Part shown: positions 39,805 through 51,439 of the stretch, piece by piece
Layout of the letters: every line of letters starts with the position of its first letter
Numbering within the stretch: the stretch's first letter is position 1
DNA from: Obrimoposthia wandeli
Taxonomy: Eukaryota
Length of the DNA: 64,000 nucleotides
Direction of reading: 5' to 3'
NCBI GenBank assembly: GCA_977020255.1
Contig: CDROCS010003383.1
Location: forward strand, 310,001 to 374,000
Notes under the pieces: generated by a model
What the model was told of the DNA's origin: nothing
Databases searched by the model: none
Seen by the model: only the letters and a program-made list of their open reading frames with translations
Position numbers and translations under genes: made by a program

Positions 39805-40149
39805 TGGGCAGAAGCAGACAACTGAAGTTTCTTACAATCATTCACACACCGAGTTCTTATCGATGTTTACACCCAAATATACATATTTCGATCATTAGAT
39901 TGCTCTCTTTAGCTCAACTCATTGCCAATCAACCCCAAACCCCCTAAGTCGAGACAGAAACTGCTAATAGAAAAAAGATTCGGGGTGCTCCAGCACATCC
40001 TGTCCCGGTTTAACGCATGTAATTTCATATTTATTTTGAGAAATTCTTTTAATTTTTCAGGTATTATTGAAACATTTTCATAAAATAAAGATCAATTTAA
40101 AATAAAATAATTATAAATCATTTTCAAAATGTCAACCATGATCTAATAA

Positions 40150-40570
40150 CCATGTTTAAGGTGATGTTCTGTAAAGAAGCTTGACAACTTCGGCAACATC
40201 AATTACAGTGAAATCAGGACTTTGGGAAGCTTCTCAATTGGAATTTATCTTCATAAACATAGATTAAGAAGATTTTCGTTTAAAAGTATTCTGACAGTCC
40301 ATTCCCAATGAACCGAGGCACCATCTTGTTGATAGAGGTGTTTATAGTGTGTAATGTTGTTGAGAGGAGGAAACCGATTTCAACGAAAACATCGCCCTAT
40401 TGTTCACCATTCAAGGTCTCAAGACGAATTTTAAAACGAGATTCGGCCCTCAAATGGAATGATGACCCACCGTTATTGTTGAGAACTTCATCGAGTTTGC
40501 CAGTGCCTAATGCTCATTCTGTGTAGTGATAGTTCCACTCAAATGGAGGGTCCCCTCATCGCTTAATATT
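40150..40570 (-). mobile_element. Tc1/mariner-superfamily catalytic-domain remnant
   Basis: Minus strand: DEGTLHLSGTITTQN, YQQDGASVH and PQSPDFTVID (DE...QQDGAP.H...SPDL pattern), with stops and frameshifts. Confidence 0.65.
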
Positions 40571-42092
40571 ATCTTTGCTATAGTCAAATTTTAATATAAG
40601 ATTCGGCGTTGGCGGGGTAAAGAAATAAATTGAAATTGAGATATTGATGTATTTTCGTCGAAGCTATTTCGAACGGTTCGGTTATCAAACTGCGAATTTA
40701 ATCTAAATCTGCAATTTCAGACTTAATTTGAAACCGGTGATTGATTTTGAAGCTCTACAAGCTCTGAGCAATTAAATATTTAATTGTTTATTTTTATAAT
40801 TCAAATAAATCATTTGTCCGTAATTAATTGTTACTGGAAATTCAAATTAGACAGTTACCATACTATTGGGATTGTCTTTCACACATTTGAACCTGGAACC
40901 GGCTGTAAATATGTTGATTTAAAATTCTGGAATAATTAAAACAATAAAATATGCATAATGGTGTATTTTTGTATATAGTCTGTTTCAAGACTTTATTATC
41001 AGACATATTTTAAAAAATGTCAAAGAAAATAATCTTAATAAATAAACCAATTTTATTTTATAATCTTTTCTTATTTAAAAGTTTACTCACTGCAATTTGT
41101 TTAATTTTAATTTGTTCTTATTTCATTAAATTAGTGTTTCGAAATTTTTCAGTCATTTTACGGAATTTGCTTTCAGAGAGACTTTCGATTATTAGAAAAG
41201 ATCCTCTACATGAAACACCTACTTTGTTTATTAATAAATGTTGTTAACCGTTATTGTTATATTTTGTTTGTCTGATTCTAAAATTCTGAAACTAAATAAA
41301 TTTTAAAACATCTATACATGAATTATAATAACGATTTTTAGAAATATGGTTAACAAGACGACGATCTGCAGCGTCTTAAAATACTGCACATTATTACGAC
41401 GTCATGAGTAAGAATAGAAACCCATATAAAACATTTCGAAAATTGTTGTAAACTCTTCACCGTTGGAATATCGATATCCGTCTAAAAATTGTCGTATTCT
41501 CTCGTAATGTCTCTTGGAGTTCAGTAGTGCTAGACTAACTTAAATGATATGTAATATAAAATTAATTTATCTCTAGTAGTATTATTTACAAATGTATTTA
41601 TATATTGATTATATAATAACAGATAATAGAATTTAAACTTTTCGTTTCATAATAAATGTTCCCAGCAAAAACCTAAATATAAATGTAGAAATATGTTAAA
41701 TAAATACCAAATATTTGTCATCTCCAGCAAGATAACACAAGGTCACACGTTGCTCAAACACAACGTGTAACTCGTTTGAACCCCACATTGAAAAAGATTG
41801 GTCTCTGTGTCACGGCCTTGCAAACGGTAGTCCTACTGTTGATTAGGCGTGGCCGAAACCCTCCATAAATAATTGTTTAATGTGTGCTTACGAACGACGT
41901 ACACATTGTGTGGCAGATTATAGAAGTCATAATTTCAAGATTTCACAATTATACAAATTTACAATTTAAATTTGAAAAAAATATAAATTGAATTTTATAA
42001 AATGGCGAATCCTATCAATTTCGAACAAGAATTATTGTGAATTATAGATCGTGAAAAATAAATTCTACAGCTGTTGAGTATTTGGATTCCAT

Positions 42093-43430
42093 TGTTAGGT
42101 TTAGGAATTGATAAAAATAAAATAATTAATCGAATTTATAGTGAAATAAGAATCCTTGAAAGCAAGGTTATAAATTAAATAAAATTGAATATTAGAATTA
42201 AATTATTAAAATTAAAAGGTAAATTGAATATTAAGGACCACGAAGGTCGTGTGTAGTGCACTGTATATATAGGAGGTTAAATTATTATTAAGGGCCCCAA
42301 AAAACAAGAATCAATTTAGAAAAACGAAAATCTAATTAAGAAGATTATTGCGAAAAGTTTATTAAGTAAAAGGACGAAGAAGAAAATCAAATTAGTCGTA
42401 CATTAGAAACCCATTAGCAGTCTGGGAGCCACGACAACAGAAACCCATTAGCAGTCTGGGAGCCACGACAACTCGAGCAAAGAAACACTCACCTCATCTC
42501 CGAGAATCACAGCAGCAAGAGGCAACAGATCCATTAGCATCAGCAGACGGAATCCAGCCACGAAGGTAGGAGCACTTAGCTTAAGTGCAAGTGATTAATT
42601 GATTTTAGGAAAACTACGTGGCCGAGGGACATATAAAAACGAGCGACGCTTTCAAAGCACACACAAAAATTTCAAACGAACTATCGGAAAATTCACAGAA
42701 CGCGGAGCGGAATCAAGGAGACAAGGTAAAATCAACTGACTGTCAAATTATCTCTAACAAAGCTTACAGAGGACGAGAAGATTCGATAATCGCGCATCGG
42801 ATCGAGCTAGCATCGGACTAACCAGTACCACGCCAAATTCCGAAAAAGGGACCATCACTTGTCGGACTACAAAGGAGCTAGACTTATTCGGAGAGAGGTA
42901 AGAAGAGAACCGGAAAATTGCTGAAGAGATTTAAAGCGTTTTGTGAGCCAGTTGAAAAGAATTTTAAGTCAAAGTAAAATTATATTCAAGTAAAATTATA
43001 TTGAATTTTTAAAGCGTTTTGTGAGCAAGTTGAAAAGAATTTTAAGTCAAAGTAAAATTATATTCAAGTAAAATTATATTGAATTTTTAAAGCGTTTTTG
43101 TGAGCAAGTTGAAAAGAATTTTAAGTCAAAGTAAAATTATATTCAAGTAAAATTATATTGAATTTTTAAAGTGTTTTTGTGAGCAAGTTGAAAAGAATTT
43201 TAAAGTCAAAGTAAAATTATATTCAAGTAAAATTATATTGAATTTTAAAGAAAATTAAAGTGAACTCAACTCGCATTACAGTACATTTATATTGAAATAA
43301 AAGTAAACCGGGTGAAATTGGATAAAGTAGATTCGAAATCGAATAAAGCTAAAATTGACATCGTAAGTTTTGATTGAAAGACTCTTCTTTATGCGCTCTT
43401 CTTTAAGGTTGATCCGAAGAGCGCATAACA
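42093..43430 (+). mobile_element. Long solo-LTR-like element A (~1.34 kb), related to element B at 47313
   Basis: Starts TGTTAGGTTTAGGA like B and shares TTGAAAGCAAGGTTA, GGACC...AGGTC, AGGGCCC(C)AAAAA and GCACTTA..TAAGTGCAAGT with it. Probable end GCGCATAACA (TGTTA...TAACA). No matching TSD found, so the right end is uncertain. Confidence 0.7.
42930..43250. repeat. Tandem array, 4 x 78-79 bp, inside element A
   Basis: AAAGCG/AAAGTG unit starts at 42933, 43011, 43089 and 43168. A separate 2 x 34 bp repeat lies at 42405-42472. Confidence 0.95.
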
Positions 43431-44094
43431 TATCCAAAGTACTTAGAGTCATAATGATGAAATGATTTTAAAACTAAAGTGTTTCGATTATATAAAAACC
43501 TAACTTCAATATAATTGGTCAACAAATCAAAATAATCCTATATAATAAATAAATTGATTAAACACAAAAGTTGTATTAATATATACAAGTGAATAAATGA
43601 AAAACAACCATAACACAACTATATATCTTATTGTCCAACGAAAAAAAAATACAAAAATATTTTTTACAACTTTATATTTTGTAGTTGACGTTTTAAGATG
43701 AGAAGTCTAACTTCTCAATTTCGATTTTCAACTCTTTAATATCTGCCTGATTCTGTAATTATCCAATTTATAATTTTTGAGTTCTTAATCTCAAATTTTC
43801 AGCTTTTGATACAAAAGATTCCATTCTATCATTCTAAAAGTTCATAGATTAAAAGCTATATTGTGAAATACAGTATGTCATAATATGTTTGTTTGTTTGC
43901 TATTATTTTCATGTCTTTGGAAATAACAACTTTAGTTAAAAGTGTAAAAGTTTTAAAAAAAATTTTTTAGAAAAAATTTGTAAAATTCTGATGAATCTAA
44001 ATGATCAAATTATAAGTTTAAATATTTTATATTTTATATTTCTAAATAAATATCAGATTCTAAAAAATGTAAGAAATTTTATTGAAATTAATAT

Positions 44095-44463
44095 TTATAA
44101 TCTATATATATATTTAGAAATAAGTCGTTTAAATTCATAAAATATATTAAGAAACTGATGATACGACCATAAAAGACATAAAGGATCATAATTAGTAGTT
44201 AGTGGGTTTTGCATACGAGATTTATTATAGAATACATGACGTCTCCCTTGAGTTTCCACATGTCTGATGAGCGCTGATGGATAATAAATTCCTATATGAT
44301 CAAATACGTGTACACTATCCCGTCTTACAAATAGCGCAATCCAGTGTTCACCAGGTAAATTACTCGTATGAGTATTTACAACATATCGCCCAGGTTTTAG
44401 AGTCGGTATTTTATCCATAGGAAACACTCCTTTGAATTTCTGATTCAATAATTCAATTCCCAC
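44095..44463 (-). pseudogene. Adenain-like cysteine protease (Polinton PRO), catalytic Cys apparently lost
   Basis: YVVNTHTSNLPGEHWIALF (GxHW), VFD, QNPLTTNYDPLCLLW. The expected CG dyad reads YD (TAT GAT). Confidence 0.85.
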
Positions 44464-44525
44464 AGTATTAACCTGTTTAGAACTACATTAATTATTATTA
44501 TTATTAAGATCAATAAACACTTACT

Positions 44526-45746
44526 TCATCCAACAATTGCATATTTGCCTTTAGTTACTTGAATTTCAGTATCGAAAACACCGTAAATTATAATGTTTGA
44601 CGGCTGTGCCAATCCTTTGAGAAACTTTACTTCAAGTCTTAGATTACCCTGTCTCGGTAATTGATGTTGATTTATATCAAAGTCAGGGGCCAATACGAAT
44701 GTAAAAAATGAGTAACGTTCCTTAAAATCTTCAGATGTTATACCTATGTTGATATTCTTATCCAATAATCCCATGTTTCTAACCAGTGATTGAATATACG
44801 CAAACATGTATTCATCTTTTTCAAAGTTTGTAGTGTACGTTTCAACAAAATCAGTGTTTCTACTAAGGGAAATTGAACCGACATTACAATGATCAAATTC
44901 TGAAGTGTCTGTTTCACTAAACCCGTCCATTTTAAGATTATGTTGAAATGTAACCAAAACAAATTTAGGTAATTGCTCATCATCAAAAATAGGTGATTTA
45001 TAAAATGTAGTAGAGCCTTTAGGTAGTGAATAATGTGCCACTTTTCCCCGTCTATATGGATAAACCGCATTTTGAGTTTTCAAACCAACATTATGAGCCA
45101 TCAAAACTGATGGTTCAACTCGTACACCTTCTAACTTTAATTTTAGCATCTAAACATTTTATTCTACAATGAGTTGTACCTGTTTTTAGTGACATGTTTG
45201 CATTGGAAATAATCAATTTTATACCGACATTCATACCGGGAAGCAGATATTTAGGTTTTTCAAGAAAATCCGATCGAATTGAACCGCACAACTCAAATTA
45301 ACTAGATTTTTCAATCCACCCTTTCACCAATTCCATCTAATGAAACACTTTTCGTATATTTGCTATAATTAAGCATATATTCAATCAAAGCCTTGTGAGC
45401 ATAATTACCATTTCCTCCTTCAATACGAGTATTATTCAGGTGAATTTGCACATCTTTAAATAGTGTATGGAAAAAGAAATTTGTTGGTATAAATTTATCT
45501 GCTTCCCCCATATCAATATAACTGTTTGTTCCATTATTTTTTAAAAACTTTAAGTTTCAAATATAATAGAGAATCATTCAAATCTAAATATTCTGTTTCA
45601 CTCGAATGGATATTAAACTCGATTGTATTAATATTACTACCGGTAATATTATTAACCGGGTAAATATTCTCAAAACATCCATTTTCTATAGCAATTTGTG
45701 GTAGTGGACGATCAAATAAACACAGTTCAGATTTTGCACATGCCAT
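44526..45746 (-). pseudogene. Polinton major capsid (hexon-like) gene, frameshifted
   Basis: Fragments CAKSELCLF...IEFNI...YLDLNDSLLYLKL (45534-45746), PTNFFFHTLFKDVQIHLNN...YAHKALIEYMLNY (45311-45511), LCGSIRSDF, and ORF 44526-45149 ending GNLRLEVKF...IIIYGVFDTEIQV match the Polinton MCP pattern. Confidence 0.85.
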
Positions 45747-45749
45747 TTC

Positions 45750-46133
45750 TTACTCAAATATGGTTCCTATTTTTCTACGTTTGTTTATACTACCACTACC
45801 TTTCTGTACTTCTTCTTTCATTTCAACTGGAATTTGTACAGGTCGTTTTCGACTTTTCTTTATTTCAGTCATTAGTTGAGTAACAGCTTTTGTTGCTTCA
45901 GGCAACAAACCTGGTACTTCACTCATTGCATTTGATTTTAGTTCACTCAAAATTGGTTTATCGTTCATTACTACATTTGTAAGTGTTTTTGCACCAATTC
46001 GTCCTAAATGTGATAGTATAGGAAACGCAATTCGCCCCAAACCTGTCAACCAACCTGAACCATATTGTTTTCCAACAAAGTAAGGTAGTTCACCACCCAT
46101 TTGGGTTGTACTATACACATCAAATAGAGACAT
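45750..46133 (-). CDS. Small Polinton core/membrane-interaction protein candidate (QxGxG plus amphipathic helix, basic C-terminus), intact ORF
   Basis: QMGGELPYFVGKQYGSGWLTGLGRIAFPILSHLG, located between penton and hexon where this small gene usually sits. Function is inferred. Confidence 0.65.
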   Translation of the reverse strand: MSLFDVYSTTQMGGELPYFVGKQYGSGWLTGLGRIAFPILSHLGRIGAKTLTNVVMNDKPILSELKSNAMSEVPGLLPEATKAVTQLMTEIKKSRKRPVQIPVEMKEEVQKGSGSINKRRKIGTIFE

Positions 46134-46152
46134 TATTAGCGATTAACATTGT

Positions 46153-47294
46153 TTAATTTTGTTTATACATAACTTTTTGGAAATGTAGTGTTAAACTAGT
46201 TTTTGCATTATGAGCAAAGTTTATCGGTATTCCACTATCATTACGAATATTTACTGCAATATTGGAAATAGATGTTGATATTACAGCAAGATACATTGGT
46301 CTAATGATTGCAATATTTGCGTTGTCACCATATTTTTTTATCCAACCAAATTGATTTTAACAATGGTATTGTTACACCACCAACATTTATAGACTCTATC
46401 AAATTGGTATACAGGTACATGTGATCAAACTCACATATTAATTGAGGAATACCTTTACCGTCACCTGTAAATTCTGTTTTATTAAGACCCAGTACAAATG
46501 CCATACGATTATTAAACATTATACATGAAATATTATATTTTAACTTGAATTTAATGAATTTATCTGTTTAAATATGAAACATGCTAAAAAATGATTACAT
46601 TTAGATATAACGTATTTAACTAATGCATTCAAATCTGTACTATTGAAATCGTTGTCAAACAGGATTTTTGAATTTATATATTTCTCTCTTAATTGATAAT
46701 ATTCAAATTTTGTTGATACATATTTATGATTTATGGTTTTTTGCGCATTTAAATAACATTATCATCAAATGCTAAGTAATTTTCAGGGTTTAATTGATTA
46801 TTTAGGAAACCCAATTTATTTTTCGATTTTTTAGATAGTTTTATATAGAATTTCTGTTTATTTACAGATTTTATAACAAGTACATTTTCCATTTTATCTT
46901 CGCCATATGTACCAAACTCACAATAAAGATTAGCAATGCGTTTTGATGATTTTAATTCTACTTTTGAAATTTTCTTTATAATAAATTTAACAGCTTTATG
47001 CTTATCATTATGATTTTCCTGAACTTTAAATTCAACATTTAATGAGACAGTGTCGGTTTTCTTAGCACTAACCGTTTCCTTATAATTAATTTCACCACCC
47101 TTGTGTAAAATAACGGGTGTATTACTATAAGTAAATTCTGTCAATGCAACTTCCCATTCACCTTGAAGTTCTATCGGATTTTCCCAATCAACAATAAATT
47201 TCGATGCGGTATTATCAAGTTGAGTGTTTGGACAACTATTAAATGGTAGCACAATATAGAAAATTTTTACTCTATCTGGTTCGCTTTTATCCAT
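46153..47294 (-). pseudogene. Polinton minor capsid (penton) gene, disrupted
   Basis: N-terminus FYIVLPFNS..NT.S.F......PIELQGEWEVALTEFTY. C-terminal pieces HMYLYTNLIESINVGGVTIPLLK and RNDSGIPINF...SLTLHF; stop at 46153-46155. Confidence 0.85.
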
Positions 47295-47312
47295 GTTGGT
47301 GTTTTATACCCA

Positions 47313-49100
47313 TGTTAGGTTTAGGATTTTATAATTATTTATACATTAAAATAAATCTTTGAAAGCAAGGTTAAATATAAAATAAAATTTTAAATAGAAT
47401 TAAAAAACTAAAATAATAAAATAAAACTGGAAAATAATTAGGACCTTGAAAGGTCATGTTTGGTGTGCTATATGTAAGAATAATTTAGGGCCCAAAAAGA
47501 CTGAGTGTGATTAAGAATAAATAAAGAGTCGTTAAGAAGAAACTGAGTGTAAGAAGAGAGTAATTAAGAAGAAACTTCGAGAAACCGAACGCTGAGAAGC
47601 AGCCAGACCAGCCAGTCCATTAGTGCAGTCAGAAGACACTGCGAACTCGCCAGCCGGTATCCAGGTAGCGAGGTAGGTGCACTTAAGCTAAGTGCAAGTT
47701 TATTCAATTTTGCAGATACAGGAGACACGAATTTGGAGGAGCCGCTGGAACTAAGCCAGTCGTCCAGTCTCACGGTAAGCAGCCATTAACTTAAGTGCAA
47801 TTTAAATTATAATTTGTTAAGGAAAAATTCTAATCTATTATCCATATAATACACGGAAACCGAAATTACAAGCACAACAAATTGTCTGTCTCAAAAAAGA
47901 AAATAAATCGAGTACTGAAATAAAAGTGGTACAGAGTTAATCTAAAAAACAATCGGATACGACTGAATCAAGATTCTAGCCGATTCCAGAATAGTGCCTA
48001 CAACAGAAGAAGGTGAGTTAAACAAATAAAGAGCAAACTATTAAATTGCCACATTTAGTCGAATCTCGGAAAGCTTGGTAGAGCTCAGATCAGTGCAAAC
48101 TATAGCACCTGGAAACGAGGAGGTCAGCAACTTGGCATAACCAAATCGGAGGAAGGAAACAGATTTTCCTCGACTAACCATGACGAAGCGGAGGAGCTCA
48201 AGGACCTTTGGGAACGCGTCAGGACGACAGAGCGTTAGCAGATAGATCAGCGACGAATCTTGGAACGATCGGAATCATCGGTGAGAAGAGTGTGAGCGAT
48301 GCTGATTATTCCCCATTTTTAAAGCGAAATAATTTGGGAAAAGTCTTGAATTGAAGACATATAACTTGTTGTATTAAAGCGTAATAAATTGGGAAAAGTC
48401 TTGAATTGAAGATATATAAATTGTTGTATTTAAAGCGTAATAACTGAGAAAGAAACATTTTTGACTCGTATCTTGAAGAGTAGTTGAGAAAAAAGGAAGT
48501 TGATTTTTCCACATTTTAACGTTGAGTAAAACGTATTTGAATTTGAACAAGTCCCACTGGACACAAAACTCATAAAATTGTTAAGGACCTGGTTAAAATA
48601 AACCAAACTAACTGCCCATATTTTTAGAGCCACCAGCTCTCTAAAATCAACCCATAATTTTAGAGTAAAGACTCTATTGAATAAAACCACTAAAAAATTT
48701 AAATCGATACGTGGATCATCCCCACTTGTGTAGAGACTTTGTGAAAAGTAACTAGGATTAGTTTTGTTGTTTTTAGAACGTGTTAGAACATAATTTCGTG
48801 TCTTAGAAATAAAGATTTCCTACATTAGGCAGTGTTATATTGAACAAAACCCTTGCAAGCAAGTAAGTGTCAACTACTCCATATACAACACCACACTAAG
48901 GGAATTTTGCAGTACCTGTATACACAGCTCTTCACACATTTCGCAACACCTAGACATAATAAACCTTCAGATAGAAATTGAGATAGACACGCACAACTTA
49001 AGTAGGCCACAAACAACTACAAGTCCTGTTTCTATAGAACTCACGTTGGGGCCCTCCATCAGAGGATCTATCTAAGAAGTTTCATATAGAAACCCCAACA
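47313..49100 (+). mobile_element. Solo LTR B (1788 bp) inserted in the Polinton
   Basis: TGTTAG...CCAACA with 4-bp TSD CCCA (47309-47312, 49101-49104). The empty site ATACCCATGCCAC is visible in the duplicate copy at ~49468. Internal ~57-bp repeats at ~48320-48440. Confidence 0.92.
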
Positions 49101-49217
49101 CCCATACCACTTTACGTAATATTGTTTATTCTTACCTCGACATTTAGATTTAATGAATTCTTGTATCCTATATACTTTTGGTTTATCAATAACTTGTAAT
49201 TCTTGCTCATAAAACTT

Positions 49218-49586
49218 GAGACAGTATCGGTTTTCTTAGCACTAGCCGATTTCTTATAATTTATTTCACCACCCTCGTGTAAAAAAACGGGTGTATTACT
49301 ATAAGTAAATTATGTCAATGCAACTTCCCATTCACCTTGAAGTTATATCAGATTTTCCCAATCAACAATAAATTTCGATGCGGTATTATCAGGTTGAGTG
49401 TTTGGACAACTATTAGATGGTAATTTTTTACTTTATCTGGTTGTCTTTTATCCATGTTGGTGTTTCATACCCATGCCACTTTACGTAATATTGTTTATTC
49501 TTACCTCAACCTTTAGATTTAAGGAATTCTTGTATCCTATATACTTTTGGTTTATCAATAACTTGTAATTCTTGCTCATAAAACTT
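49218..49586. repeat. Second copy of a 382-bp tandem duplication spanning the integrase 3' end and penton 5' end
   Basis: Copy 1 = 47044-47312 + 49105-49217 (382 bp, split by LTR B). Copy 2 = 369 bp, lacking the 13-mer GCACAATATAGAA. Confidence 0.92.
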
Positions 49587-50365
49587 TCCCTCTATCGGAC
49601 TTTTATCATCATCTATGATGTTATACATTACGGGATTTGACCGTAAATTGATTTTGGCTATTTCAAATACTTCATCACTCCAATTATTATCGAAATTTTT
49701 AATAAAAGGTGTTGTACTTAGTCGTGATATGCGAATAAAATCTCGAACTTTGTATTTGGGTTTCTTTATTATTGATTTTTTAATTACGAGAAAACCAATC
49801 ATCAAATGAAATATCAATAGGTTTTTTACAACCTAAACCGCGATGTGGTGAGTGATTATATGAAATTAACAGTTTAGGTAGTACCTTTACCCATTTCTTT
49901 GATCCAATTACAACAAAATGTTTCTTTAATTTATCTCTTAATGTCCTATTAAATCGTTCAACCAAGACCGCTTTAAAGTGTGAAAACACAGAGTAATGAT
50001 TTACTCATAATTTATCAAAAGTTGCTTTAACATGTTTGTTATAAAACTCTTTTCCAGTATCTGTTTGTACATTATCGGGAACAACATCAATCATATTTTT
50101 GATTGCAGCATCTATATCTTTACCGGATTTTGATTTTACTGGTTCAGCACGCCCAAATCTGGTAAATACATCAATACATGTTAATATTTATTTGTAACCG
50201 CTATTTATACTCGCATAATGTATCATTTCCATCAAATATATTTGCCATAAATTATTAGGGCCACTAGTCTTGTACGATCGTGTCGGAAACCTTTTTCGCA
50301 TCGGTTTGTTGAGACTGTACGCCAGTTGATTGATCAGCCATGCTTGAGTTTTCTTTTGGCTCGAC
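49428..50365 (-). pseudogene. Polinton retroviral-type (rve) integrase with C-terminal chromodomain-like tail, disrupted
   Basis: AWL.NQLAYSLNKPMRKRFP, WQIYL (WQxDL), IDVFT, VQTDTGKEF, VERFNRTL, YNHSPH, KVRDFIRISR, IEGKFYEQELQ, QYYVKWHGY...TWI; contains stops and frameshifts. Confidence 0.9.
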
Positions 50366-51439
50366 TTGGTGTTTGATGATAGAGTTCCAACTGTGAGAAT
50401 TTCAACTTTTTCGAAATATTTCCCCTTTGTCCCAGTTTATGTTGTCTCACAAAAATAGTTACAAATATTCAAATGAATAAAGCGCTTTGAGAAAACTGAA
50501 ACTACAGCTATAATGTTAAATGTTAATAATTATATAGTTTAATTAAATTTTAGAAAAATAATAATTTTTGTTTCACCTTGTTTAGTAAAATTTAATTACC
50601 TAACTCAAACAAATTTTTAACCTCAAGTCAGTAAATAGGTTTACAGAAAGCATGACATTATTAAATTTACTTAAATATATTTATGGACTGTTTATGTAGT
50701 CACTATATGATACAATATATGTTAATATATAGATAAAATAATAACTTATGATCCTTGTATAAGATGAATCCCTATAATTTTATTTTTTAAAGTACGAGTC
50801 TTATACGGTATGGAAAATATCTGCCGGCCAGTCAGCATTTTTGACAGACATTTTGACCAGCTGTAAATTCTTTAAATTTGCAGCTTATAAAACATAATTA
50901 TAAAATATTGTGATCGTTCTTCAGACAGATTCTTTGGAACTATCTATTAAATAATATGACAAATCTTAAAATAATATCGAAATGGCAACAGATTTTTTAA
51001 CTAGTTAAATAAACATAAATGACAAGTATGAAGTGAAATATGAAATTTAAATTAAAACTGATTACCATTTGAAATTTGGACAAAATCTTCAAAGAGCAAT
51101 TGTCAGACAACTGGACATGTAAACAGGATGATATTCTGACAGACAAATTATGCGCGCATGACATACACTTCTTGTACTATTGAGTTTAGTTCTATAATTA
51201 GTATATGTGAAATAAAGCGGACAACGTGGCTAAACTGCATTTTTCAAGAAGTTAATAATACATTGTACTGTTAGTTATGATAAAATTTTCAAGAGTTCAT
51301 AATGCATGTTTACAAAACTTTATATCATGCAGGTTGTAGAAAAGTATGAATAAATTTCTCATAGATTTGACTTCGTTGAAAAATGAAAATTCATCAAAAA
51401 TATAGTTAAATTTGGGAAAATTGTCAGAAACGAAAAGTA

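Larger units (their letters stand above)
44095..50365 (-). mobile_element. Degraded Polinton/Maverick (adintovirus-like) endogenous element, partial
   Basis: Co-oriented integrase, penton, small core protein, major capsid and adenain-like protease genes, the Polinton virion module. No protein-primed PolB, packaging ATPase or confirmed TIR seen in the window. Confidence 0.9.

Noticed and set aside
41575-41600. AGTAGT as the Polinton terminal inverted repeat start
   Set aside because: No matching ACTACT terminus or TSD found on the other side; a 6-mer is not sufficient evidence.
42093-42106. TTAGG-TTTAGG at the LTR starts as telomeric repeats
   Set aside because: Only two imperfect units; more simply part of the LTR terminus.
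42452-42901. About 120-codon open frame created by removing the two mini-introns of LTR-like element A
   Set aside because: No ATG after the upstream stop at 42449, no recognisable domain, the sequence is T-poor (few stops by chance), and element B gives no equivalent ORF. Not reported as a protein.
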